A DNA stretch of 63,336 nt, filler included, from Folioceros fuciformis (GCA_049999805.1; 16 parts of 16 records of this genome joined end to end with filler, not necessarily neighbours in it); one strand, 5' to 3'; shown: positions 47,756-60,431, counted from the whole stretch's first letter. A program made the numbers and translations. The notes: generated by a model from the sequence alone, not told the origin.

Positions 47756-48968
47756 CTACCAATAGTTGCTAGGGCAGTGCGCACCGATGAAGATTAGAAC
47801 TGTCGGCGCCGCCATAGAAGATTCGTTGACCCCCTTTTCAAAAAGGTGTAGGTAGGATGGCTCTTGAAGGGAGGCAAGGTCTGAAGGCTGAGCCACTGGC
47901 CCCCCCTCCATTATTTGGATTCGTCTTCTCTTGGATCCACGAACTTCCACCGTACCTTCCTCTGTGTGGATCTCTTGGGATATCCCTCCACCACCACCTA
48001 CAGGTTTGGTAGGGGAAGGATCCCCTTGTTCCTGAACTTGAGGCTCCTTCCCTACGTAGGATATGAATGTTCCCTCTGTAGGTAGGGTCCCTACCATTCC
48101 TTCCCCTCCTATCGTAGGTAGGTTCCCTTCCCCACCTCTCGTAGGTAGGTTCCCTTCCCCACCTCTCGCAGGTAGGTTCTCTACAGAAGAAGCTTCCCCT
48201 TGTTGCATGCTCTTCCTAGCCCATAGTAGCTCCTCAGGTTTCCCATCTCGAGCTCTCCAAGTCCATAAAAGTCCTCTTAAAAGTCCGTTGGTAGGGGCAC
48301 TACCTCTAGGGCCTCACGGTCGTCATCATGTGGCCCAAGATACCTTCTCCTTGCCAATGCTGCCAATTCCTTGTGATGAGCGAGTAGACATTGGTGTAGG
48401 TGAAGGTTGCGCTTTTGTTGAGCTAGATCTATGGTATCCATGTCAACAACCCAATCCCCCACCGTCGCATCTACTCTTGTAGATATCTCGTTCAGCCTTC
48501 ATTGCCCCTACCTTCAACTGTAGGTCAAGGTTTTCTTGATGAGTTGCATGAAGCTTGGTCATGCACCCCGTCAAGTAGGCATAGTCAGCATGAAACCTAC
48601 GAGCTCGAACCACTTGCATCCTGTGAATCTTGGCCCGGTGCTCAGCTACTTGTTGTGCTTTCTCCTGCCGAAGGTCTTCTAATTGGATGGTCAATTGTTC
48701 CCTCTCCACTCGCTCTCATTGCCCTGCTTCAAGGCGTTGCTGGAGTTCCTAGTTCGCTTTAGCACTTTGTGTCTCCAACTCATCTAGCTTGCCTTGTAAA
48801 TCCTTTGCAAGGTAGACTTGTTCCCGTACTTGTTCCTCCACCGCCTTCCTACTTTCCTCAGACTAAGCGAGGTGCAACATGCAATGATCTCATGTGATAA
48901 ACCTTGTTGGGAAGTTTGCAACGTGGTCACCTACTGGGTCAACTTCTCCAGTTCTTGCCTTTGCTTAC
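47756..48968 (-). pseudogene. Second copy of the coiled-coil accessory ORF, C-terminal half
   Basis: High similarity to 15845-16809 (KIHRM.VVRARRF.ADYAYL, WVVDMDTID). Confidence 0.85.
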
Positions 48969-51656
48969 TGTGGAGCAATTCTTGCAACCAAGAACCATTG
49001 AAAGGGGCCACATTACCCCTTATTATCATTGCAGTCCTATAATCCGCTCCCAAGGGAGTGAACTAGTGTCAAGGCAATTTCCCCCACAATGCCTTAAACT
49101 AATCCTCTCTATCAGCTGATACCTAGCTGTGGACTCCACATGCTGAACAGACCATGGGAAATGATAGGTTTTCCTTTTTTTTGGATTATTTTCCTTTTTT
49201 TTGGATTTGTGAGTGAGTGTTGTCGAGGAGAGGTTGGAAGGTTAGGTTAGAATAGTAGCTAGATTGATGGTGAGTCGATAGGGTAGATAGGTTGTGTGGT
49301 AGATAGGACACGGGCTCTAAGTCCTCGGGGTAAGGTAACGGAGCAATAGGAAACCTGGGACGTCGTGGAAAGCGAGCTGGGGGTCCTCTGGCTATTGCTG
49401 GTGGAAGTTGGGGACAGAGATGGAGGTGTCGGGACGCTGCCCTGGTACATCGGGTGGATAGGGATCACCAGAGCACAGGTGGCCAAATTAGCAGACCGGC
49501 GGGATCAGGGCGGTGGCCTAGATCTGGCCGGATTCAGAAGGCAGGAGCCAGGTTGCGGCCTCTGGGCAAGCGGCCGGCAGTAGGCTGGCAAGAGGGTGGG
49601 CTGGCAGATCTAGCCAGCCAGGAGGCCATATCGACAGACAGTCCTAGGTGGATCAGCGGGGCGGCTTGGCGACGGATCCGAACTGGCAGACTAGGTAGTC
49701 GGTGGGCTAGGCTGCTTGGATCCAGGCTGGCCAGCTGTAGCAGCAGACCAGCCAAATGCAGGCAGGCAGCTGCTGCAAGCGGCAGCCCTGACCAGCGGTT
49801 GAATCCAGCGGGCAGCCAGGTTGAGCAGGTTGGTTGCCTGGTTGGATCTGGAGGCTAGAGGTCGGCTAGTGGCCTCTAGCCAGTCGGCCAAGCTGTAGGC
49901 GAGGAAAGCGGGCTGGATCGCGGTCAAGGGCAGGGCACTTCGGCGGGTTGTGGTAGTGCCAGAGCCATGCAGCCAAGCGGCTGGCGAGACGACATCCAGG
50001 TGGGAGGGTGCCGAACCAGATTGGTAGCGGCAACCGAGTTCGGGATGTGGTCAGGCTTGGCAGGCGGGAGGCCGGGGTGGATCTAAGCCAGGCCGGTGCC
50101 TAGAGGAGGGCTGGGCTAGCAGCGGCTCGGCTACGGAGAGCAGGGGTTGCAGAGGAGCGCTTGCAAGGGCTGGGCAAGCAGCACGGACACTCGGCTACGG
50201 GGAGGCAGCCTAGCCTGGCTGCAGGCAGGCAACCTGGTAGCTGGCGGGTGGGTGACCTAGCAGGCACGGCGTCGAGATCCAGGCAGCCAGGGCTGGCTGG
50301 CCAGGATCGCGAGGGGGCTAGCTAGGGGCTACAGCAAGCGGCCTCGTGAGCGGGCTGCTTGGCCAGATCCAGGAGAGCGGGCAGCGCCCGACCAGCAGCA
50401 GGAGCAGGCCGGCGGGCTGAGGGGAATCCTGGCCAGGGAGGATCTGCAGGCTGGTAGACGGAACCGGCAGGCCGGACAGGGCCAGATCCCGAAGCCATGC
50501 AGGCTGGCCGGGTTGGCTGGGGCTAGTCCAGCCCGACGCAGGCAGGCCAAGCAGGTGGGTGGCCTAAGCGAATTGGCCAGGAGGGTGGTGTGTGGCCTTG
50601 CTGGTAGGCAAATCCAGCCAGGTAGCCACCTAGCCGGGGAAGGCAGGCCTGGCTGCCAAGACAGATAGATAGAGGGCCGGCTTGGCTTCAGCTAGAGAGG
50701 CAAGACTAGACAGCCTAAGGCAGTACTGGATCGTAGCTAGACGGGCCTTGGGCTAATTTAGGCCGTGCTGGCCAGCAAGGGAGGCTCAGGCAACAGTCTA
50801 GCAGGGAAGCTGGCTGTCGGGGTGGCTGGCCGCAGCTACTGGCTGGTGGCGGGCTGGGTACGGCCTTACAAGCTAGATCCAACAGGCCGACTAGCTAGGT
50901 GGATCCGGGTAGGCGACCTGGCTGACTAGTGGACGGGCTGAGGGAATTTAGGCAACGGCTTGGCCAGATCTCAGGCAGCAGCAGGTAGGCGGCCTGGCTA
51001 GAGGTGGCAGCTGAGAAGCCTAGACCGGCAGGCGGCCAGCCAAAGCGAGGTCCAGGCTAGGCCCGGTTGCTGGAGATCAGGTAGGCTGGCTGGCGATGGC
51101 AGCTGCAGACAGGCATCAGACAGCCGGTAGTGGCTAGCAGGGCCGGTGGCTGGGGGATTCAACGGGCTAACGGGCCGGAATCGGAGGCCAGCAGCGGCCC
51201 AGCTGCTTGTGGCTGGTCTAGGTGGATCCGGGTAGCTAGGTCGACTGGTTGAACCCTGGCCAGATAGCGACCTGGCTGAATCGAGGCACGGCATGCCAAG
51301 AAGGCTGGTGGCTGGTAGGCAGGGGGGTGGCCGACATGTAGGCAAGAGAATGGAAGGTAGGCAGGCCAGGGTGGATACAAGCAGCCGGGAGGGATCTGAG
51401 GTAGGCGGGCGGGTGCCAGCGTCAAGACCGGGGCGAATCAGGTTGGCTGCCATGCGAGCAGGCAAGCGGCTTGGCCTAATCGCCAAGGTAGTCAAACCCA
51501 GGCAGGCAGGTGGCTTGGCCGATCGCCAAGGCAAGCGGGTTGGTTGGATCGTCATGGCAAGGTTAGATCTCGAAGTCAGGCAGCCGCCTAACAGCTGGCT
51601 GGGGAGAGTCCGCATTGGGGGGAAGGACGGATGGTTAGCAGGGGGTAATCATGGAT
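48969..51656 (+). mobile_element. TGTGG-family element 5' portion with a 2.2-kb G-rich noncoding tract
   Basis: TGTGGAGCAATTCTTGCAACC start interrupts the accessory ORF. Confidence 0.7.
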
Positions 51657-51756
51657 NNNNNNNNNNNNNNNNNNNNNNNNNNNNNNNNNNNNNNNNNNNN
51701 TTAATTAATTAANNNNNNNNNNNNNNNNNNNNNNNNNNNNNNNNNNNNNNNNNNNN

Positions 51757-51956
51757 GTCCTACGCCTGATCGGAGCTGGAGGGGAGCCCTCGAATCCGTC
51801 ATCGAGTCGATCAAGTCCGACCCTCCATCCACAGCAGCAAGGAACCCCATCGCTCCTTCGTGGGAACGAAACCCAATGTCTCAACGACAGTGGGATAAGT
51901 GTGGCCACTAAAGGTGGGACCCTTCGGCAATCAGTGCCCGGGGTTTTGCCTCCACA
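51757..51956 (-). mobile_element. TGTGG-family LTR 5' end inserted in a gypsy integrase
   Basis: Terminus cuts IEHFSKWVEAVAL. Confidence 0.85.
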
Positions 51957-53267
51957 CAACGCCACGGCCTCCACCCACTTGCTAAAGTGCTCTATCATCA
52001 CCAAGATGTACACGTTACCCCTTGGTGTCTTAGGCAGCTCTCCTATGAGGTTGCAGCACCACCTAAAGAAGAGCCCCATGATGGGGTGTGGGTGCAGCTC
52101 TGAGTGCTGCATAGTGAAGGTCTTGACATGGTCACATGGCTCACAATAAGCGACACATTCCCGGACTTGTGCATGCATGCCAAACTAGTGGAAGTGAGGG
52201 GCCAGCAAGCTGTAGGTCCTCTTGACTCCAAAATGCCCCATGTCGTCATGTACTCTTTGAATGAGATCAGCACGATCTCCGAGAGGTGGAACCAGCCATT
52301 CCGCACCATGGGCCCGCCTCCGGATGAGGTACCCATCTCTCCAGTAGTAGGCAGCAGTACGTTGCTGTACCCGCTCACATTCTGCTACTGTCCAATCTTC
52401 ACCTAGCTGGCCAGTTTGCACAAACTGAATTGTATGCACGTCCTCCCATATGTCCCTGGGGACATGTTGAGTTGCTGCAACCTAAAGTTGTCCAAGGCAT
52501 GTCATGGCCACCAAGGCAGCTACAGCAAAATGTGCCTGTTCTCGTGGCTGATCATCCTCATCCTGCCTAGCCTCCGTGGCATCCCTACAACTGTTGTCCG
52601 GATTCCTAGAGAGGGTGTCCACATTCTGATGTGACACCCCCGGACTGTGCTCCACATGGAAGTTGTAATCCTGCAAAATCATGGCCCAGTGAGCAAGTTT
52701 CCTGCTAAGCTTTGTGTTTGTCCTCAGCCACTTCAAGGGTTGATGGTCAATGACAAGGATAAACTGCTGCCCATAGAGGTAAGGTCTGAAGTGGCAAACT
52801 ACCCAAACAGCGGCGAGGCATTCCCCCTCATAGCTGCTGTAATTGGCCTCAGCACGATTGTTGCTGCGTGAGGCAAAGGCAATCACACGTTCCTTCCCCT
52901 GCTCATCCTCTTGCGCAAGTACAGCACCCAGCCCCAGACTACTCCAGTCTAAATGAAGCACAAACGGCTTGTCGAATTGGGACGAGCCATAATGGGTGAT
53001 GTGCTAATCCACTCTTTCAAGGTGTCAAAAGACTGTTGAGCATGCTCATCCCACAGCCACTCCACGTCCTTGCGCAGTAGGTCGTTCAGCGGTTTAGCAA
53101 TCCTACTGAAATTCTGGATGTACACCCTATAATAGTTACACAATCCTAGAAATGCCCATAGTGCTGACACTTTGGTGGGCTCCTTCACCCGATGAATGGC
53201 CTGGATCTTGGCTGCATGAGGCATGACTCCATTGGGCACGATCTTGTGTCCCAAGTATGCTACAGCG
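51957..53267 (-). pseudogene. pol: Gypsy pol (RT C-terminus, RNase H, integrase N-terminus)
   Basis: FLGLCNYYR, DWSSLGLGAVL, YSSYEGECLA, DHQPLKWL, HDDMGHFG; RT-RH-INT order. Confidence 0.93.
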
Positions 53268-53810
53268 TGTCAATAGGATCGACTCCAGTCTACGTGCAAG
53301 TGTAGGAGAGGAGAGGAGAGAAGAGAGGGTGGTATTGGTGATCACAACCATGAAAACAATACACATCACCACTGTCTTACTATGGAGGTCCAAGGTCTCC
53401 ATTTAAGTAGTACATTTAGGGCTACACAACTTCCAGGTTCAATATGGGATAATCTACACTATCCTAAGTTCACTAATAACTAGAACTAGTCTAGTATGAA
53501 CCCAACTGGGATAACTAACACCACATGAGTTTAGCTCATATAGAGCTCGATAACTCAACACTCCCCCTCGAGCTCAACATAGCATCCGTACGCCTAACAT
53601 AGCTCGGAATTTCTTCAGCTTCTCTGCTCCCATTGGCTTAGTAAATATATCGGCTATCTGCTCGTCTGTGTTGACATACACAAGATCAATAGCTCCAGAT
53701 AAAATCCGTTCGCGAAGAAAATGATAATGTATTTCAATGTGTTTTGTCCTGGCATGAAACACCGGGTTTCGCGCCAACTGTATGCTGCTAAGATTGTCAC
53801 AGTAGATAAC
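53268..53810 (-). mobile_element. Copia 3' LTR (53268-53560), PPT and RNase H end
   Basis: RTKHIEIHYH...ADIFTK; pol stop abuts GAGGGGGAG|TGTTGAG. Confidence 0.92.
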
Positions 53811-54101
53811 NNNNNNNNNNNNNNNNNNNNNNNNNNNNNNNNNNNNNNNNNNNNTTAATTAATTAANNNNNNNNNNNNNNNNNNNNNNNNNNNNNNNNNN
53901 NNNNNNNNNNCTCTATGCGCCCGCTGCGGCCGAGACGCTCTGTGCGCCCGCTGGCTAAGCGCCCTACGCATAGGCGCTCTTGGTGTTCTAGCGATCTTCA
54001 AGCTCCCCACTCCTTGCACGGCGGGGTTGAAGTCCCTCGCACCTCATAGCCTTGAGCGTCTGTCCGCATCACCCACGGACATCATCTTGCTCCACAACCA
54101 A

Positions 54102-54373
54102 GCTCTGATACCACTTGAAGGAACGCTCTAGGAGCTACATGGTGAAGGAAAAGAGAGGAGGAGGCAAGGAGGAGGAGAAACATAGGTCACACCCTCACAA
54201 TAGAGTCACCCAATACAAGGGAGCTCAAGGGGGTATTTATACCCTCTAGAAGAGCTCCCTAGGAAGCTTCCTACAGATTAGCTTAAGCTAATCTAAACTA
54301 ATGATACTTAACTAGACACTAATCTTAGACTAAACACATTAGTCTAAGCACATTGGGCTTTAATAACCCTACA
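54102..54373 (-). mobile_element. Copia 5' LTR (54116-54373) and PBS (54102-54113)
   Basis: Inverted copy of 2241-2539. Confidence 0.92.
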
Positions 54374-55996
54374 CGGCCAAGCAACTAACCCTTTCCAGCT
54401 TCCAAGCTATCCACTTTCGTGAGGTTTGCCTCGGGGCACATGGAGAAGCCTCCAACCACAACATGGCGAGGACCTCCAACAATGCATGCTTCTTGCGAGA
54501 AAACAGGACAGATGCATCGGAGTGGTGGCTGGTTGTCACCTATTCCGTTCGCCATGCCGTCCCAATGTGTTGGGGGTGGTGCGAATAGCTGGAGATGAAC
54601 TGATCTAAAAGCGGTCCTGAACGAGACACCATGTGCATATTTTGAAAATCGAGAAAACACAATAGACAACTAATATATGCAACAGCACTCTAGTATAGGT
54701 TCATGTGACCAAGGGTTCATTTTACTACAAGGTCCGAACTACACTCTGGGGTGAATATATCCCACGCGGCAAGGCACGCAGATCCGAAGACATCCTAGGC
54801 CCCGTCATTGGTGGGTTCGCTCTCCGTTCTCAACGACGCACTCAATACCACTTGCCTCTATGCCCAGCGCAAACTCAAGCTCAGCGCAGTGGCGATGGTA
54901 TTGACCAGTGGCTTCTCCTGTCCAACGGAGCTCATACTTGTCAAGAGCTGTAGTTAGTCGCGTGAAGAAGGATATCTCCAGGCTGCCCGTCCCAATTTAC
55001 CTTCAATGGAGTAAGCCAAACATAGCAAGCGTCATGGACAATGGATAGTGAAGGCATGAAAGTGCTCGGTAATGAAGGTGAATTCCTTCCGTGAATGCAC
55101 AAAAAAAGGACGACATGCAAACTCTGGAGGGGTGAAAAAGGCCATTGTAAGCCTCACAAAAGTTGCCAACAAGTGAACTCGGCCAAACATAGGGTTGGGT
55201 TGATGGGTCGTGTTGGGTCGCCTACAAGAGGGACCTATTTGAAGATTGCAATTCCAGTGTCCCGCGTTCTTCCACATAGCCTTGTAACTCTAAACACTAC
55301 AACAACCTTCACCTTCACCTCTACTCCTCTATTCTTTCATACCTACTCCTCTACTTGTTCCCCCCTTCATAGGTCAGAAATCTCCTACGCTACCCCACAG
55401 ATTGATGGAACTTGCCATACCTCCTACCATACACCAAGTCTTCTTGGCCAGCAACACACTAGCAAGACTAGCATGCAGGAAGAGTAAGGACAGCAACCAT
55501 GGACACTTGCACCATCAGCCAGCAATCCCCTACCTCATCCACAGCTACAGTTGAAACTTAGCAACATATGACCGGAAAGGGAGACGAGGTCTCAACCACA
55601 TCAGTCAGCTGAAACAAGAAACATCTAGAGCTCATGAAGTAAGAGCTGAAGACCAAAGGGTGGCAAATGACAAAATGAGTTTAGGGGACTCTCCTAGCCT
55701 TATAGGATCTCCCCTCTCTCTTCACGCTCTTTCTTTCTTTAGGTCAATACTATGAAAAGCCAACTAAATCAATGAACCTCTTGGCTCACTTATCTAAGCT
55801 AGCCTAGAAAATGACCGAGTGTCAGAACTCTTAATGGGCCTACCATTTGGGCCCAATCACCACAAGCCAACATAAACTAAGTCTAAACAGTGGGGCNNNN
55901 NNNNNNNNNNNNNNNNNNNNNNNNNNNNNNNNNNNNNNNNTTAATTAATTAANNNNNNNNNNNNNNNNNNNNNNNNNNNNNNNNNNNNNNNNNNNN

Positions 55997-57015
55997 ATCT
56001 AGCCTTGTATATTGATGACCTGATTCTGTCATGTAACAGTTCAGAGTTCATTAGCAAGGTAAACAACTTCTTAGCAACTAAATTTAAGATGACAAATGTA
56101 GGACCCTTGCGAAACTGTTTAGGAATCCATATACAAAGAGATAGAAGTAAGAGGACTTTAAGTCTAACTCAACCTAGGTACATTATGGAGAGTGTGGAAC
56201 AGCTAGGTCTGAAAGATGCTAAGCCTGCTTCTACCCCACTCTCAACAGGACTCAAATTAAGTAAGAGTATGAATCCTAGCACATAAGCAGACAAGGATGC
56301 TATGTCTAAGATACCTTACAGAAAAGCTGTTGGTAAGTTAATTTAGGCTACCAATACTGCACGTCTAGAAATAGCTTATGCCACCAGTGTCTTGTCACAG
56401 TATCTTGAAAACCCTGGACAGGAACATTAAACATGTTTAAAACGTGTGGAAAGAAATTTGAAAGGCACATTCAACAAGGGCATATAGTATAAGGGGAAGC
56501 ATGGTGAAGAACTTCCCTTGGCAGTATACACTGATTCAGACTATGCCGGGGAGGTTGACACCAGAAAGTCTATGTCTAGCTATGTGGTTAGCATTGATGG
56601 AGGACCTATCAGCTAGTCTAGTAAAAAGCAACCTACAGTTGCACTATCCAGCACTGAAGCAGAATACAGAGTACTTACAGCAACTGCTAAAGAGGTGATT
56701 TGGTGCAAATTATTGTTTAAGGAACTTGGCCTATCCTTTCCTACCTGCACACAAATCAGGACTGATAACCAAGGGGCGATAGTGTTAGCTCAAAACCCAG
56801 TCTTCCATTCACGCACAAAACATGTTGAAGTTGAGTATCATTTTATAAGAGACCTAGTCTCAGCTGGGTAGGTCACATTAGAGTTCATCCATATATGGCA
56901 TAATCCTGCAGATGTCCTTACAAAGCCACTGAGTAAAGACCTACATGAAAAGCATGTCCAAGCTCTAGGTCTAGGGGAGTATGCGAGCTCCTCTATTAAA
57001 AACTCTTATCTGTAG
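55997..57015 (+). pseudogene. pol: Copia RT-RNase H
   Basis: LYIDD, YTDSDYAG, ALSSTEAEY, RTKHVEVEYH. Confidence 0.93.
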
Positions 57016-57532
57016 AATCAGAGACATACCAGAGTTCATGGTCGCGAGGTGAGCGAGGTGAACCTTCATAAGTTTCCTCCTCGTCTACCATGTCATTGGT
57101 TTCTCGATCCTCACTCTCAGATTTTGATTCTGATGAAGAAGGGTCGAAAGAGAGTTTGTCTTTGTGCTGAAGATCCTTTTCATGGTTTATTCGTTAATTA
57201 GATCCTACACAAAGAGTGGGAATTTAAACGTGAGAGATTAGAAGAGGATCAAGAGTGAGAATAAGAAGTCATAGCATGTTTTTGAGATACACAATTTGCA
57301 CAGTGACAGCAAAGGCGTGCGTGACAAGAGTGATGCACATAATGCTAGCACAAAATCAGAAATGATTCTATGTACAAAAACCCTATTTCGGCAGCAACCT
57401 ATGCCGACATTGAGATTGCAGACAGCCAGAGTTGTGGAGCTCACTGTAAAAACTGATGACGTGATACTCCAGTTTGTGGCTGTCCCTAACCCTTATGCAA
57501 ATCATCTGCAAGCCTGTGATCCTGCACTTGTA

Positions 57533-58192
57533 CTAGAGTGGCGTGCCTAGATTTGAGACTATCCCAAGGGACACAATCTCGGTCTCCTTCCACATCATGC
57601 CACGCAGGAAGAAGGCACGAACAGCAAGAGTGTTAGCCAACAAAGGATATTTGTAGTTCGGCTCAGTAGGAGTCAGGCGCGGGGCTTTGGTCGTGGCCGT
57701 GTCCTTGGAAGCAGATTGCTTGCTTGGACCAGCCATCAGCTGTGCTCTCTTCACGATTTTCTTCATAGCCTGGCGCGCCACCAGGTTAGCAGCTTCAGCA
57801 GGACGCCCGCGAGGTTTCTTCCCAAGCTTGTTCTTTCTTCCTACAGATGCGTCACTTGCTGATGCTGGCTTGGCAGTTGTCCTAGACGAGAACCTGCCAC
57901 GCTCATCCCGCGGTGGGAGGCGCCTCTGCCTAGGACGAGGTTCACCATGAGTGCCTGGCTCCATGTTCAGCGCGTCTGTGCAAACTGACAACCACTCTTG
58001 GCAACGTATGCAGATAAAATAAATAAACAGGTGTAGTGTAGGGCAGCTAACCAAGCCTCTAGCAGTGCTCGCGATTTTATCATGTCCTCCAACAAGTCCT
58101 ATGGCGGCATAATCACAACACTTGTTGTACAAAGACAATCTGTGAGCTACAATGATTCTAGAAGATAAGGCACTACCACCAGGAACACACAT
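57533..58192 (-). CDS. Antisense ORF in a copia 3' region; basic protein with an AT-hook-like motif
   Basis: 219 codons; PRDERGRF, KKPRGRP; alternative ATG at 57964. Confidence 0.5.
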   Translation of the reverse strand: MCVPGGSALSSRIIVAHRLSLYNKCCDYAAIGLVGGHDKIASTARGLVSCPTLHLFIYFICIRCQEWLSVCTDALNMEPGTHGEPRPRQRRLPPRDERGRFSSRTTAKPASASDASVGRKNKLGKKPRGRPAEAANLVARQAMKKIVKRAQLMAGPSKQSASKDTATTKAPRLTPTEPNYKYPLLANTLAVRAFFLRGMMWKETEIVSLGIVSNLGTPL

Positions 58193-58210
58193 TCTAGTAG
58201 ATATGGCAAC

Positions 58211-58222
58211 AAGTAGGAGTGT
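58211..58222 (+). promoter_or_regulatory. Probable PPT and first bases of the 3' LTR
   Basis: AAGTAGGAG|TGT at the contig end; same pattern as other PPTs in the window. Confidence 0.65.
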
Positions 58223-58322
58223 NNNNNNNNNNNNNNNNNNNNNNNNNNNNNNNNNNNNNNNNNNNNTTAATTAATTAANNNNNNNNNNNNNNNNNNNNNN
58301 NNNNNNNNNNNNNNNNNNNNNN

Positions 58323-58745
58323 ACTCTACCTTGCTCTAGGGATCATAATAGGATTGTGCACAAGAGTCAAAGGCAACCTTTTCTTCGGAACTCATGTAGG
58401 AATTACATAAGGGATACAAGGAAAAATTTTGCTAGGGACTCAAGTGTCCACAATTCAGATGATTCAGCGCTTTGTTGGAAGGTTTCTGCTGCGATTCATG
58501 CATCCCTTGCTTCTCTCATAGATCTAAAGACTGTGGTGAATGGAATTGTGGAGTCTCTTCTTCGCTTAAACGCAGAGGTGTGCAGGCAATTCTTAGCAGT
58601 TGAAGATCTTCTAGATAAAAATTTTGCGGCACACTCCTCACGGCTAGGGCGGGCGCCTGATCTTTCTACCAGAGACCCATTGGTGGCCATGTATTTGCCA
58701 TCGTTGAAGCCATCTCGCCCACGGCGGGATGTTCCTCTCCTCTGA
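58323..58745 (+). CDS. ORF0 upstream of gag, at least 141 codons, open from the gap
   Basis: ...HASLASLIDLKTVVNGIVESLLRLNAEV... Confidence 0.55.
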   Translation, partial: TLPCSRDHNRIVHKSQRQPFLRNSCRNYIRDTRKNFARDSSVHNSDDSALCWKVSAAIHASLASLIDLKTVVNGIVESLLRLNAEVCRQFLAVEDLLDKNFAAHSSRLGRAPDLSTRDPLVAMYLPSLKPSRPRRDVPLL

Positions 58746-59142
58746 AGCAGTTTGAGATCTGAAGGGGTGCAGGCACTGGCAGGACGACGCAACCCCTAGT
58801 TTTTTTGCTGTTCGCCGCTGGGCGCTCCCCTGCTCTTGTGTGGTTTACAGATCTGGATCGGCGCCTGGAAGGTTGCCCGTGAGGATTCTTCTTCCACATG
58901 TGCTTAGAGTTTGTGCCCGTTTTCCCCGTGTCGCGGTGTGCATCGAGTTGCGGCAACTTAGCGTTTCGGCCTTCCGTTTAAGTTGGCGGTTCGTTGAGTT
59001 GGGCCTTTTCCTTAAAAAAAAAACTTTTTTAGAAGCTCCTTTTTAATTAACTTCAATTTGAGTTTCTTAGAAAAAGGACTTTAGAATAGTTTTTTTTAAG
59101 TCTTCTCTAGAGGTAGCCTACCCATCTTTTGCTAGATTGTGT

Positions 59143-60331
59143 ATGTCGGCCTCATCATCCAGCAGCAAGTCAGACTTACCAGTTGAGCTTGAGCCTGTAG
59201 ATGCACATGCTTTCACTGATTCTGAAGTAGAGGAACAACTTAGACTTCATACTCAAATTACTCGGTCACTTCAAGAGTTGGCACGGTTACGGGCTAGTCC
59301 TTCACATCCACAGCCCTTACAATCTAGAATCCCAACTGTCCCTTCTTCTCAAATCATGGCTACTGCTACTGGTGCTTCTTTTGGAGCTGCTTATTCAGGT
59401 GAATTTAAGGAGAAGGACCGTTTTGATGGCAAGGCTTCCCGTTATGAGAGCTGGCGTGCCCGGATGAAAGCCTTCTTGGATGCCAGAGACGTTTGGGAGT
59501 ATGCTGATGGTTCCCTTCTAAAACCAGATCCTACAGCACCAGGTGTTACTCAAGACGTGGTAGATAAGTGGAAGAAGGGGAATAAAATAGCCTTCGCTAT
59601 TTTACTTTCAGGTCTAGATGAAACAACTGTGATAGAGGTAGAGTCATTACCTACAGCAGCTGATGTTTGGAAGAAACTTCAAGAAACATACCAGGTGCAG
59701 AACATTCCCACCCTTGTGCATGCAAGGAATGAGTTCTATGGCCTGAAGCTGTGGGATGGAGAACCAGTGGGACCACACATTGTGAAGTTTCGCCATTTGC
59801 GTTCTCAACTCGCGGCGCTTGGTTGCACTATGACCGAAGTGGATGCAGTTGCTCAATTGCTTTCTAGCTTACCAGCTTCTTATCAGAACTTCGTGTCAAG
59901 TCAAAATACCTCCATTCAATCATCTTATCAAGTTGTGAGTGCTGGTAAACCTTCCCTTATAACGTTAAATGACTTGATTGGGGCTCTCCTGCAAGAGGAA
60001 CAGAGTCGCCATAAGTCAGGACCTTCGTCTCGCCTCCGGGGAGAGAAGGTGCTGTACGTTGCAAAAGGAAAAGGACCAGGACAGTTCAATAAGAGTAAGA
60101 AAGGGGGAAGCTCATCTGTCCCATCTTCTTCTCTTCCTGTTAAGCGCCAGGGTAATTGCAATTGGTGTGTTGTCTCACCTCAAGCAAGGAGAATTCATCT
60201 ATGTGGTTTGTGGATTCCGGATCTACTTCACATATTTGCAACAACAGGAAGTTGTTTTCTAAGTTCAGCTATCAATCACCTTTTCATATTGTTTATGTGG
60301 GTGATTCTAGAGGACTGGAAGTGGAGGGTAG
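59143..60331 (+). pseudogene. gag: Copia gag-protease with a deletion through the zinc knuckle
   Basis: FKEKDRFDG...WRARM; GNCNWC followed closely by out-of-frame WFVDSGSTSHIC. Confidence 0.92.
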
Positions 60332-60431
60332 NNNNNNNNNNNNNNNNNNNNNNNNNNNNNNNNNNNNNNNNNNNNTTAATTAATTAANNNNNNNNNNNNN
60401 NNNNNNNNNNNNNNNNNNNNNNNNNNNNNNN

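Noticed and set aside
49259-51712. Many ORFs in the GC-rich tract, also at 1221-3024
   Set aside because: Stop-poor composition, overlapping on both strands, no motifs
54374-55896. Unassigned segment with short ORFs
   Set aside because: No recognisable domain or terminus beyond the MARTSNN coincidence; probably TE-derived but unsupported
57211-57225. AAAGAGTGGGAA as the PPT of the 55997 copia
   Set aside because: Not followed by TG; 58211 fits the family pattern better
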